Shown here one piece after another: positions 28,701 to 41,849 of a stretch of 64,000 nt of DNA; the first letter of the stretch is position 1, and each line of letters starts with the position of its first letter. Source of the stretch: Balanoglossus misakiensis (Eukaryota > Animalia > Hemichordata); the NCBI GenBank assembly GCA_040954595.2, contig CM082587.2, positions 2,881,000 through 2,944,999 of the forward strand. Reading direction: 5' to 3'. The translations under genes and the position numbers were made by a program. The notes beneath the pieces are model-generated. The model was not told where the DNA came from. It was given only the letters and a program-made list of their open reading frames with translations, and made no database searches.

Positions 28701-31700
28701 TGTATAAAAACCAGTGAGATTTGCGTGGATTTTTAGGGCAGGTTTAAACTACCAAGTCCAAGTACGTCAAATTCTGTATATGAACCATATACCACATGTG
28801 TTTTGGACAGTTTTGGAATGCCAAAGTCTAGGGAAACGATTCCCAGTACTAGTTGAATAAAGATTCATTCATTCATTCATTCATTCATTCATTCATTCAT
28901 TCATTCATTCATAAGTCGCAAAGTCAAGGGTATCATTGATCAACATAGCAAGCGATACATTTCAATAGTTTTCTTTCCAGATCTGCATTTTCTGGGGTAA
29001 TTGTTGCAGTTTATGGAAATGTCAAGTCACTCTTTCATGGTGTTGGGTTTTCCACAAACACCCCAATAAGTCTATTCTTTTGTTATCCAGTTTTGCAGAA
29101 TGATTACGAATGCTAGCATGATTACACCCTGTGCATGAATGTTCGTTAGTCTTTTTTTTTGTTTGATCTAAGGTATGTTGTAAAAAGGGAAAACATTGAC
29201 CAGCAAGGCGGTGGCAAAATCTTGAAGAATTACATGTATGCACAGCAAAAGTTCTAGGTGTTTCAGTTTGTTTAAAATGGTACCCAGAAGTAATATGGTC
29301 ACTGTAGACAATCCCCAAAGCACACAAGTGTGTAGCCAATATGATCAGTGATAATTTTGTATTGATAATGTGAACAATTAGTATACATTTTCAATGAAAA
29401 ATATCATTGGATATGTTTTAATGAAAAATGTCATTCAAAATAAAATGTATGTGTTTCTTTTGCATTTTATAAACACCTGCTAGAGTAGGTTCTTCATGGT
29501 CTTGATTTCACATTAACATCAGATGTGTCAACCAATTGCACTTGTTTCAACTGTCAGATTTGTCTGCAGGTCTGTACAGTTGTCCATGCCAAAGTTAATG
29601 TATCTTAATTGGGAGGTACATGTAACTTAAATTTTCCCATTTTCCAGGCCACTTGTGGTAAAATCGGGTCAGATGATGACAAAAGAAAATATGGAAGTGG
29701 CAAAGAGAAAAAGGGAGGACTAGATTCCGTGCGGAATTACTATGTATGATAACGGATCAATTAATGTCCATATCCTAGATGTATTTTCTCATTTTGGTTG
29801 TACTCAAGGGCTATATGTTATACATTTGGTGATTCCCTCTGTGGTTGTCCAGTTATTCTCTTCTTTTGCATGTAAGTTTTGTTTACAAAAGTTTTATTTT
29901 GACTTCTGTCCACCTAAAAGGCCTGTGGTACCATGTTATCAAATTGTTCACAATGTTGCGAAAAGCAATAAAAATCAATATGTAAAGTTTGAGAATGATA
30001 AGCTTTGTGACTTTCAGTACATCCTCGGAAGTTTATAATGTGGATCTGTTACTACTGGGAGTGCAGTGCCGTTATTTGGTGACACTGCCAGCAAAATTCA
30101 AAGTGGCACAGCAAAAGAAAGAAAGCAAGTGGTTATTACATTGTTGGACAGGATGTATGTTGTGTGAATGATGCTACAATTAAGCTTCATGAAAATTGTT
30201 GCTCAAATAAATCACCCCAGTTTTTTTAAGCACAATATCATTTAGGCAACATGTACATGTAGATGCTAATGCTGACATACTGTAGCTTGCAATTGCTTTT
30301 GACCAAGTGTTACTATTTGGCTGCTAGTACATCAGGTAGATGGTGCAGGTCAGTCCATCAAGTATACATAGTATACTGCAGAGAAACTTGAGAACTGATG
30401 TAGGGATGTATGGTTAAGTTACTTTAAGTATATTAAGTAAATTATTTGAAAGTGTGAGTGAGTGTATACCGGTATAATGGTTATACCACATGTAATTTGC
30501 CCTTGTCTACTTGTCCAAAGACACATTCATGTACCGGTACCTATCATAAATCTGTGAATCAGTATCAAGTTGACCATGCCACTAACACCATCTAATATCA
30601 TAATGTCAAAACTAACCATAATGGCAGTATCTACTGGTTGTCAAAGTTCAGCATTGCACACATTCGTGCTGAAGTGTTTGGTTTTGAGATTTTCTTGCCA
30701 GTTGCTGTAACTGTGCTTTTCTTTAGCATGGCAAAAGTAAAATGTACTAAAAACATGCATGTGTATGTCAAGTATTGGTCAATGATTGTTTGTGATACAA
30801 TCCAATATTGTACCATTTAAATACTTTGTGAGAAACATTTAGAGACATGCCTTGACTGATTTCATCACTCCATTATTTTCTCCGATTTTCTTAATCTATT
30901 AATCCAGCAGGTGGACTTAAATCCTCAGAAAGGAATAAAACCAGCTATACCTACTTTGTGCAGTTAAAAATGCTACATGTTGTGTCTTTCCTATTTTCTG
31001 TCCTGCATTCTGTTCATACCTTATTACTGGAAGAGCATGTTTGTCAGCAAACATTACCTTGACCTTACAAAGCTTTTGTGAATTTACATCCTACTTACAA
31101 GTGGTTCCACAGACCTATTTAGGTTTTTTTTGTGAACATGTCATTATTTCTGTCCGATAATGCATGGTTTTCTAGCCATTCTGACAATAATCTCAGTCTT
31201 CATTTTATATATATATATATGCATAAATTAATTTTAATTTATACTGCTATGGTATGTACAGTATAACAAAGTTGCTTGCTTAACTTATTTTCAGGTTAAT
31301 TAAAGTTGTACTGACTTGAAGTTTTCACAAAAAAGTTGAAACATTAATGCCTGAAAAATTCAAGTCTATAATGTTCACTGTTTTGAGAGTTTGAAGCAGG
31401 TATAACATAGTGAGATAAAGCAGCAATACCAATGTTGGTACCATTTTGTTTTCACCATGGAAACTCTACTGAAACAAACTCTGAAAATTTGAACTATAAT
31501 CCATTGTTACATCACTTGTCAGTCAGTAGACCATAAACATAAAATTTTCAGTCAGTACAACTTTAATGCAACTATATTCTTCATAGATGCTAGTGTAACA
31601 CTGAAACTGTTCTACATACACATTAATATGACATGCTGAACAAAAAATGAAGAAACCACCTTAACTTAAACCACAAAAACTCACCTTATCCAAAAGAATT

Positions 31701-34700
31701 TAATATACATGAATATATTACAACCTTGTTAACAAATTTTAGCATACCAAACTTCCCAAATGACAATTATTAACCCTAATCTTGTCAACCCTTTTATCAC
31801 TATGAAAAACTTTGTCATGCTTTTAGAAATGGACTTCACTTTTAATCTTTTCCTATCATGCATATATACATAACACCTCTCTTGTTTCTTTTCTTTTATT
31901 TCATGACACTCATCATGCATCAAATTAACAGGTTACAAGACATTGGTCTTCTGCAGTTGTCACATGTGATACCCATTAAAGTCTGTCAATAGCAATTAAG
32001 TGACTTGTTCAGTTGACCAAAGTCTGAGTAACAACTCTCTTTTAACTAACAACAGTTACTCAACTCATTGTTAATTTTTTTCCATGTGAAAATTAATCAA
32101 TAGGAAATCATGCATTCGGGTGGATGGATTGATTTATATACTGGTACAGATAACACACCTTACACAGTGATCATTTTTGTGTTTATTTGTCATTGTCAGG
32201 ATCAGCAAACAATACTAAGGACATGGGCCGTCAAGGACTTTTCTCCGAACTTGAAACTGTTTGTACAGATCTTGAAGCCAGAGAACAAGTTTCATGTCAA
32301 GTTTGCCGGTAAAAACACAATATGTCTATGCTTATTTGCTTGAAATTTCCATCGACTTTGTACAGAGGAATTGTTTTTGCTTTGTTCATGGCACATCTAT
32401 TCCAAATTTGTATGGTGGGGTCTTTTTTCCAAATGGCTATAATATTTCATGTTCTCTATCCTTTAGATCATGTGGTGTGTGAAGATGAATTCAAATTTGC
32501 CCTACTTGCCAACAATTGTCTGACTCCAGGCACATCAACCTTTGTTACACTATTGCTTCACACATTGAGAGGACAGTAAGTATATCCATTATATATTTTG
32601 CTTTATCCTCTAGTGCATGCCTACCTACCATAATCTTTTATAAATTTATCATATATGTTATACATGTCTTTGTCATAATAAAATATCTATTATAGACACA
32701 GGTGACCTAGAAATGTGAATAATGCCTCAACTTGTCTATCTTGAGCATTAAATTTCAGTAACATGAATTTTATTTTTTTCTCTTTCACAGTGAAGGTAGT
32801 GATTCTGACTCCCAGTGGATGCGTGTATATGGACGTTCATCTGGCAATGAGGTCTACCACATTAATCTTGGTGAAAGTAAATTCTTTGGAGAGTTTGAAA
32901 ACAAAAGTTTCATCTATGCCTCGTTTCATGCACATAAAAAGTAAGTGCATAAACATACTTAAAATCCACATATCTCAAATCAGACCAGACGTTTGCTCTA
33001 TTCTATAAATGTTCCATTTTGAAAAGATTGAGCAAATCCTGCTCCACATGCATACATGATAGGTTGTTACTGTTCAGTGCATTGAGTACTTGATTCCCAC
33101 TACAGATATGGCGTTGCGTTGGTGGGCGTTAAGAAAGACGAGGAAGATGCAGAACTCCAGCTCAATCCGGGACCAAAGCACATCATGGAAGCTTCAGACA
33201 CCTGTTACTACTTCAACATCACCAAGGAAGAGAACTCGGCCTTCATCTTTGCCGACTCGGACCAAGAGAAAGAACGAGAACACAAGAGAAAAGACAGCAA
33301 GTCTTCACTGCACAATGAACCAAGCAGTTCTTCAAAAATACATAGCATTATAGCCAGTGTGGGTAGGTATTTAACATTCATTAATAGCATTAATAGATAA
33401 ATGGAGACTCATCAACATTTTCAAACTCACTTGTATAAAATGTGAAATTATGGCTAAAATTATCATTGAAAGTGCAGTCCCCTCATTGATGGCTCTTCTT
33501 ACCAGTGATGTGTTTCCTGCTGGTCCACTTTGTCATTCATTACAACTCTGACCTCATATTTCAATATTTGTAACCCTAATAACTATTTCTCACTCATCAG
33601 GTCATTGTTGAAAGATTTTCTTTTCATATTTCGTTAACAGTGTGTTATATTTGACTGTGTGAATGTTGGTCATCTAACCATCTGTTTTGCGCACATTGGT
33701 AAAAATTAATTCATCCCTTCTAAACTTTGAGTAATCATGTCACATCCAGTACTTATGAAGTCTTTCTGAGAGTTATTCATCATAACAACATGTGAATTAA
33801 TGAGAATGCATTTCTGTTGCTAGGGAGTGTGGAAGTAAATTTCTATTGTTCTGTTGTAACAGTATATTGTCCTTTTTCGTATGCTAAGTTGTAACTTTGA
33901 GTTAAAGGTTTGTCTTTTCCGTGTCTACGTACTCCGCAAATAGTATCCATTTTCCGTATACTAACCATCGTTGGTGATCACTGAACAGGAACTCTGATTT
34001 AAAAAATAACCCCATCAAATTAAGTTAAGTTAATAAGAAAGTAAAGCAATAATATCCTAAAACTGATTCCAGCATGTTTCGCATGAACAGCTTGCTGTGA
34101 TTTTCCAATACTACTACCATCAGACAACTCATTCAATAAAGTCATACTTGTAATCATTACCATCTTGTCCGCATGAACCGGTACTTGCATGCGGTGACGG
34201 AAACTCCAGAGGGTCTTCCCTTGGAATCAAAATCTCCTGGGAATCAAAACTCACCTCATGGTGTCTCTTCTGATTTTATGCTTGCTTCTGATAAACCCAG
34301 GCACTCTAGCCATAGAATATTACCATCATGGGGCAACTAGACAACACGGGGCTCCTACAGAAAGCCGTACTGATCTCCTAGCTCGTCCAAATCAAGGTAA
34401 CTGACTTCATCTCCATGATGGTGTTTCTGTTCTTTCAAAAATGTGGTTTTTGCACTGTAAGTATATGTGATTCAAAGCCCTACAGCAGCAGTGTTGTAAA
34501 AACTTTAGTGGAATGTTTTGCACAATTAATGCAAGTGTCTCACAGACAGTTCTGATTACTTTTTACATATGGAAAGAACATTCATTAACAAGAAGGTGAT
34601 ATCAACAATTCTTCTTGGTAATTTGGTTGGTCTTCCTGTTAAAGAGCAGTGTTAACGTTTAAAACAGATAGTTTAATAAGTAATCATTAACTGTCTGAGA

Positions 34701-37700
34701 CATGTTAACAGGTAAATGTTGCACCATTCTTTCTATTTAAACTAGACTCTATCTCTGATCTCTTTAAACTCTTTTAGATTTCCTGTCAATGCACAAAATG
34801 TTTCTCTTGCATGGGTTAAGAAACTCTAAAATTACTTCTTTAACTGCATGTTTTTTCTTCTTCTCGGTGTAATCTAGATATACTGAATAAATGTGCATGT
34901 GTGTCATGATAACATGTAAAGGCTTCACCTAACAAAAAGTTATTGATCAAATCCTGTCATTCCGGCTCACAACTGATCTATAAATGATGTGAGAAGTCAG
35001 TCCTAAAATTAATCCTTGAGAGAAATTTGCGAGAAATGCTGGTGCGTGATATTAACATTAATAATAGCAGCTAGCGGACAATTAGTTACCTGTTGTCTCT
35101 TGTGTGTGTTATGAGCTTTTACTGTATACTAATGATATATTCAAGAGTCTTCTCCCAAGATGTTAAAATGTAGCTCTGAATCAGTAAGTTCTTTAAAATA
35201 GAAAATTGATGGTTGATGGCCATTTTGAAAAAGGCAACTCATACATTCCTTTTGTAAATATTTTAACTCTACTTGATATTGCAATTCCACAGAAACCCAA
35301 GGAGCAACTCCCAATGTTATGGATACACAAAAACAGGGTAAATGCTAACGTATAGAAGCTTTTAATCATCAGACACATTAAGGTGCAAAAGTGGTAGGCT
35401 TGGCAGGAAATCTTTAAAATGATATTTCATTTTGTGGATCTTCACACGAGTTCTTGGTGGTGGTCTACAACAGTTGAGTTTGTTTCTAGCTTCGGTATGC
35501 AACTCTCTAGTATTCTCCATTCATCAAAAAAAATATTAAACTCCCTAAAATAGGGTAGTATAATATAACATGTGATACAAGCACTTTAGATGTTGAAAGT
35601 AGGAACGTGTCGGTTCATCAGATACAAGATTCCGTCTCCTGTTGTCCAGGTGAAGCCATAATAGTGACTAAAAGTAGAATACACAAAAGCTGTGTACCTG
35701 AAATAAGTAAAACATGCAGGATTTTGCTTTCACAATAACCTTGCATGTGTGCAGTCATCTTGACATAGAGTGCTTGTACCATCTGAGTCTGGACAGGATC
35801 ATCATTCTTCCCACTTTGCATTGATGGCAGATGTCAACATTTGCACAAATCTCACCTAGATTTTCTCACTAATCTTTTCTATACCTATCTGTGTAGTCTC
35901 TACAGCAGTGTTCTTGGCTTTCTCTCTCTTTCTCTTTCTGCATAATTGACTGCATACTGGGAATGGACAGTTCACTTTGTATACAGCACACTTCTATTTT
36001 CAGTCTTAATTGTACCTCTCTGTTTTTTTCCTCCTGTGCACAACAGCAATTGATTGTCACCAACATGCTGGTCACAGAAATTGCACAAACTAATCGGTTG
36101 AAATTTAACTGGACATTCGTTTTTGTCTACTTTACGATTGGTACTGTGAATTATGCATCCTTGAACATTGCATGTACTGAATTTCTTGATGTCTGAAGCT
36201 TTACAGAATCTCATTGCAACCATCTACTCAGATGTAACATTTCTTACGTGTACTTTTATACATGGCATATGTGAGCAGCTTATTGGTACAGTTGTAACTG
36301 TTGGTACATCTTCTATCTTAGGCATATCAAAAGTGACTCTCTCACAACATTTATATCATTCAAACCAGGACATTGATCATTTTCACAGCTGGATGTTTTT
36401 ATATTGAAATTCTTTTAAAACCATTAACTTTCATATTTTTTGTGTATGTCACTGCATATATTCTTTTTACTTTGCAGTTTGTGTGAGGTTTTGATTACTC
36501 TTCTTCTCTTGATACTGGAGAGATATGATTATCTTCTTGCCATTACTTTTTCCATCCCATGTCTGCACCTCTATGCTTAACTCAGCAGCATACATTCACT
36601 TATTATAAGTGTTTCGCCTGACTGGGTTTCCCTGGTTGTCAACAATACCAATTACCTAAAGCAAATTATGAAGCTGTCATTCATACTTGTGTGTGTGTGA
36701 CTGTGTTTTCACTGTCATCATGGCGACAATGCATAAAGCATGGGCAACCACCATTCAGTACTTCATCACTGGCCATCATTGAGGCTGTGTGCACATGTCA
36801 AACTTTAAGTTCATTCATGAAGTGTACACTCTGTTGGTTTGCTTAAAATTATATTTGCCATACGAGTAAATCGGCATAAATAGACCGTGAGATTTGTTCT
36901 GGCATAATCTTTTTGACACATCATTATGCATAATTTTGCATTCATTTTCCAGACCACATTTCAGCTGCATGTCTACAGAACATCAGTTTCATGGTACCTT
37001 ATGGTGATATGATATGATAACTTTTGCATACTTAATAAATGGATACAGTTATAATCACAACGTTCATAGAAAACATGTAAAAACTGCAATCTGAACTTAA
37101 TATTTCATTTATCAAACTCCCAAGGCTTGTTTATGAAACAACATGACCCTGTTTTGAAATAACTACATTAGCGAAGCATTATCAGTTTCAATCAGTGAAT
37201 ATTTTGAACAATTTACATTCAGCCATTCATATTTCTAGGGCTTTTACAGCCTTCAGACTGTGGCAATTGTGTAATTTCATTAACAGGACAAACACAAACT
37301 CCAGGAAACATTAAGGAAGAAACAAGGAAGTTAGATACCATACAAGAAGAAGACAATGGTGATACAGATTCTAATTGGATACTTTCTAAACCCCAGCACA
37401 GTGAGAAGACTTCAGTTTTGATCATCTCTTTTCTCTAGAAACTCCCAAATTTTTTCTCTGAGTTTCCCATGCTTTGTGCATTGTCACCTGCCCTGGCTGT
37501 TGCTAAATAATGCATTGCAATGATATGATGACAGTGGTGGTGGTGGGTTTTTTTTAACGGAGACTTCTTATACAGGTTGCAACTTTCAATGTCTTCGCTC
37601 GCGGGGCATCCAGATCCTTTGAAAAAAAGCATTCTCGTGGGTTCTAAGGATTCTGGCAGTAAGGACTGTGTGCACTTATTTTATAACTGCAGGTGTCTGC

Positions 37701-40700
37701 TTCTTTCCCCTCAAAAGGTTCCATGGCTATTGAACTACAAGAGAGACGGGTACCAGATCCTGCCCGGGAAGCATTGGTGGCTGGTGCACCTTCCACCAGC
37801 ACTGGTCGCAATCTGCTCTCTCCGCCAGCCGGCGAGGATCAGGGAATGAGAATGCCAGGCAGGAGACGCCCAAGTATTTTGCCAGTTTTAGAAATTATGT
37901 CATCTGATCCAGAGGATGAAGAAACTGGAATTTCATTTCGCACTGAGAAAGCGGAAACAGAAGTAGATGGTGATATAGAAGATATTAAAGTTTGGGATGC
38001 CAAAAATGAAAGCGAGTAAGTTTAAAATAAATGTGTATACATTGTGGGATTTGATCACACTGTTGAAACATAATCTTCGACAGCATGTAACATTTTACCA
38101 TTTTCACTCTGTAATCTTTACACAGCTGGATGAAAGGCTACCCACCTGTCGCTCCATACATAGGATACACACCCATGTTTTCACATTTGCTTGCCCACCC
38201 ACGAAAACTCTGTTGTCTAGAATTGGACCAGGTAAAAAGTTTATCTGTACAGACATTTATATCAGAAATTGGTGTTTGTTAACACATTAATACATGTAAA
38301 TGTAAATTTTAACTTTTGTCATATCTGTTTACTTTATTAAGCCATGTTCACACTCCAATCATCATTGTGCCAGAGACTACCATTGGCCGAACAATTCGAT
38401 AATAGTTGCAGTAGAGTACACAGCACCAGCGTTATATAATTTCATTGTGCCACTGCGAGCACACTGGAGACCGAAACACACTCTGAAACCGGTTGTGATC
38501 ATGGTTGAAAAGAGGTGAGTCCAAGAGTTCCTGTATCCATATCAGTCAGTAAAATCTTCGTGCATTTTTGTGCAGTATATTTAAAATGAACTGTGGACTA
38601 TTGGCCATTTCCAGATATCATGTACAAAGCTTACACTGTTATCGTGTTTCTTCTCACAGACCTGACACAGTGTTTTTGGAGTCCATAGCAGCCTTTCCTT
38701 TAGTTTATTACATGATTGGTTCCATAGAAAGGTAAGTAGTACCAACTGACTGGGTCAGTTGTCTTAATGTATCAACTTGTTTCCATAATGAAAGTATTTA
38801 CTTATGAGATAATATGATAATCGTTATATTCCTACTTTTCATACAGTTTGGATGATCTGCTGAGGGCTGGTATCCTGCAGGCAGACAACGTAGTTGTAGT
38901 TGATAGAGAGAGTAGCAAACTAGCTGAAGAAGATTACATGGCCGATGCTTGCCAAGTTGTAGCTGTTCAAACCATGTTCAAGTGAGTACTATGAGTTTTT
39001 CTATATATTGTATTTCCTCTGAAAAAATATAACAAGTTATTTGCAAGCATGGTTGCAGGCATACAGTGGTAATATTCAGTGGTGTACATAATCATGTCCG
39101 TTTGACTATTTCAGGTTGTTTCCTAGTAGTACTATAATTACAGAGTTAACCCATCCATCCAATATGAGGTTCATGCAGTTCAGAGCCAAAGACTATTATG
39201 CCTTGAAACTTGCTCAGAAACAGAAGGTAAATAGTTTTATTGATTGCATCAGTGCAACTATCAGTATTGAGGTTTTTCATTGCAAGTCCGTAGACTTAAC
39301 ACATTCCAGATTAAACAGCAGCCCAGCTGTGATCTGATTGATCCTGTTGTCTGCCTCTAAAAAGTGTGTGTTAACATGTCGCAACAAACAGCTTTGGCAT
39401 AACATTTGTGCTTTTCTTAGTAGTGGTCATCCATTGGTGTCAGCATGTAGTGTTCATGTTGCTTAACATTTTCTTTGCCTTCTCCATGAAGTTGTCATGT
39501 GTACAGCAGGCTATTCTAAAGGGAAAGGTAATAGCAGTACAAACTATAAATATAACAAATCCAAGCAAATCAAATCACTTTTGAATACTGAAGAATTCTG
39601 AGAACTCCTCTGTGATTCTGTCCGCATTTAGGCTAGAGGGTTTGCTGCTTGCATGGTCTGAAATCGTACATATTTCACCATTCAGATCGCATCTGCTTTT
39701 GTACGAACACACTATTTCTGCTATGGCCCTGTCAAAAATGCAAATTGATGATAACACTGGACACTATTCTCAAGGCACTTGATCAGCAGGCTGTTCTGCT
39801 GAGGTCAAAGGAAATAATGCCATTATCAACAACATAAATTGCCAATTTTCTGCTGTTACAGCTGGCACAAAATTACACACTGTAGCCTATATTATGCTAG
39901 TGCATATGTGACATCTAAAGTGCACATGAATCGTGAATGACAGACAACTATTTGATGATGATGCACAACATTCTGCATATACCATGTGCACATAAATATT
40001 GGAGGCTATAACACATCTGAAATGAATTACTGAATATAGCGCAGTGTACTTTTAGAAAAATCTATTATGATGCCCACACATGAGTATCTTAATTGAAACC
40101 ACAACACCCAACCCATATGAAATTATCTCGGCAATTTTTGATTACTTTGTATTGAAGCAATTTTTGATAACTTACAGTGTAGTATGTTAGCAACACCCAG
40201 AATTTGAATGCACTGGGGTACCAACAAAAACATGTGTGAAAAGTAGTCATAGAATACATGGATTCCTGTGAATGCACTCACCCATGTATATTGATTTGTA
40301 CTGCTATTGCGTGGTTAATCTTGCTTCTATTTTCCATAAAACACTGCCGGTCTGCATGTGAAATGTTATTCCGGAGTCTGCCTTTAATTGCAGCTGGCCT
40401 AACCCCTTTGTAATCCATTCCTGCCCATCATTTTGTGACTCCAAAGTTACCTTCTATACACAAGCACCATTTCAGCTGACTTAGTAATGGCAACTTTACT
40501 TTTCAGAGAGAGAAAGAAAGAGGAGCCAATCTTTCATACATGTTCAGGTTGCCATTCGCCGCTGGTAATATCTTCACTGCAAGTATGTTAGACACACTGC
40601 TTTACCAGGTGCGTGGTCATTCTGCCATCTATTTGCCATTTTGTATGATGTTTTAGTACAAACGTGTTTATAGTAAAATGACATGTAGCTGTAACGTTTG

Positions 40701-41849
40701 GCTTTTTTCACTTTTTTGTTTTTTATTCAACCCATACACCATCTATACACATTAACAAGCAGTGTTCCGTCATTCTTTTGGCAGTCTTTTGTCAAAGATT
40801 ACATGCTTAACTTCACACGTTTACTGCTGGGACTGGACCAAGCACATGGATCAGGGTATCTTTGTGAAATGAAGATCACCACGGATGATCTGTGGATCAG
40901 AACCTATGGCAGGTTATATCAGAAACTCTGCTCAACGACATTTGAAATACCAGTTGGTATTTACAGAACACAACTGCAGTCAGACAGTAAGTCAGAGGTA
41001 AGAACAGTGTTCACTGTGTTGATGGGGAATGTTTCTTGGAAAACATAACTATGTTTCTTGGAAGGGATTCAAATGTTCCTTAATAATTTTATGGCAACTG
41101 TTTTGCGTTTTCTTTTCTTCTCTCCAGTTGTCAGTGACTATCGATGATGATGACATGTCATCAACATGTCTGTCTGAAGAAAGAGCAGCGTTGGCAGAAT
41201 TAGTCCGAAGCAAGATGAAGAAGCTTGGGTTACCAGAATCTGATTATGGTATGGAGTTATTTGTTTACTTAATAATCAATTACTAGTATGTACAAAAATT
41301 CTCATATGAAGTGAAGAGAGGCATGACCACATGCATATGTTGCTTTGATTGAACTTTGCAAAGCCCCAGGGTGTCTTTCAAATTGACGTTATTATGTCTG
41401 TACAATTGTTACCACCATTATGAACCATATCCCATGACTGGATTCATCCAATGGTGAAATTCTACCTTTCAGATGCCGAAGCTACTGAAAAAAGAAGTGC
41501 ATTGTCCTACGTGCTCATCAATCCAGGTTTTGATACAAAGTTAGAACTAGATGATGTAATGTAAGTTTTCACTCCTACTAAAGTCTCTCGTAAATATTGT
41601 AAATATTGGTAGACTCGTTTATGACTCGCTGATCTGTTTTATTTGCATGCTTGTAATTTCTCTGCCATGTGTTTTACCATACATTCAATATACCAACTTC
41701 GATCCTTTTACAGTTTCATCATCCGACCAGCTGGTGGACCAAATGCTTCATCCCCTATGCCACCTAGAAGGAAATACAGCACACGACGTCCCAAGACGGA
41801 AGGGGAGAAAAGAGAGGAACCACAGGGTAGCATGGACACCAGATTATGA
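22758..41849 (+). CDS. slo2: Slo2/KCNT-family (Slack/Slick-type) potassium channel, multi-exon; first coding exon(s) lie upstream
   Basis: Phase-consistent GT-AG exons: 22758-22837, 23033-23129, 23303-23347, 23555-23663, 23837-23911, 24575-24658, [25797-25891 or 26197-26291], 26449-26641, 26897-27061, 27274-27410, 27737-27800, 32200-32308, 32467-32575, 32791-32940, 33106-33362, 37718-38015, 38126-38231, 38342-38514, 38660-38731, 38847-38981, 39115-39226, 40507-40608, 40785-40997, 41128-41248, 41473-41560, 41714-41849(TGA). The translation carries KCNT hallmarks: [46 protein letters not shown], pore [91 protein letters not shown] and C-terminal DTRL. About 1120 aa with the 20144 first exon. 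Confidence 0.97.
25797..25891 (+). CDS. KCNT mutually exclusive exon variant A (S4-S5 linker + S5)
   Basis: ttgcag|...|gtgag; 95 nt, phase 0-2; [32 protein letters not shown]. Confidence 0.9.
26197..26291 (+). CDS. KCNT mutually exclusive exon variant B (S4-S5 linker + S5)
   Basis: atgcag|...|gtgag; 95 nt, phase 0-2; [32 protein letters not shown]. Confidence 0.9.
28863..28912 (+). repeat. (ATTC)12 microsatellite
   Basis: Perfect tetranucleotide array, directly preceded by AATAAAG. Confidence 0.95.
34301..34396 (+). CDS. Candidate KCNT cassette exon in the RCK1-RCK2 linker
   Basis: cccag|...CAAG|gtaact; 96 nt, symmetric phase 1-1, stop-free: [32 protein letters not shown]. The start GTLAIE echoes GSMAIE at the start of exon 37718. 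Confidence 0.65.
37287..37400 (+). CDS. Candidate KCNT cassette exon in the RCK1-RCK2 linker
   Basis: taacag|...CACA|gtgaga; 114 nt, symmetric phase 1-1, stop-free and purine-rich: [38 protein letters not shown]. Confidence 0.5.

Noticed and set aside
35650-35706. 57-nt phase 1-1 stop-free segment ([19 protein letters not shown]) after a good acceptor
   Set aside because: Weak donor (A|gtaaaa) and no homology or motif support; cannot be distinguished from chance without RNA-seq.
37576-37658. Open segment [27 protein letters not shown] ending at GGCA|gtaagg
   Set aside because: The only good acceptor (tacag, 37575) puts this frame in phase 2, incompatible with the phase-1 upstream donors; the phase-1 reading hits TGA.
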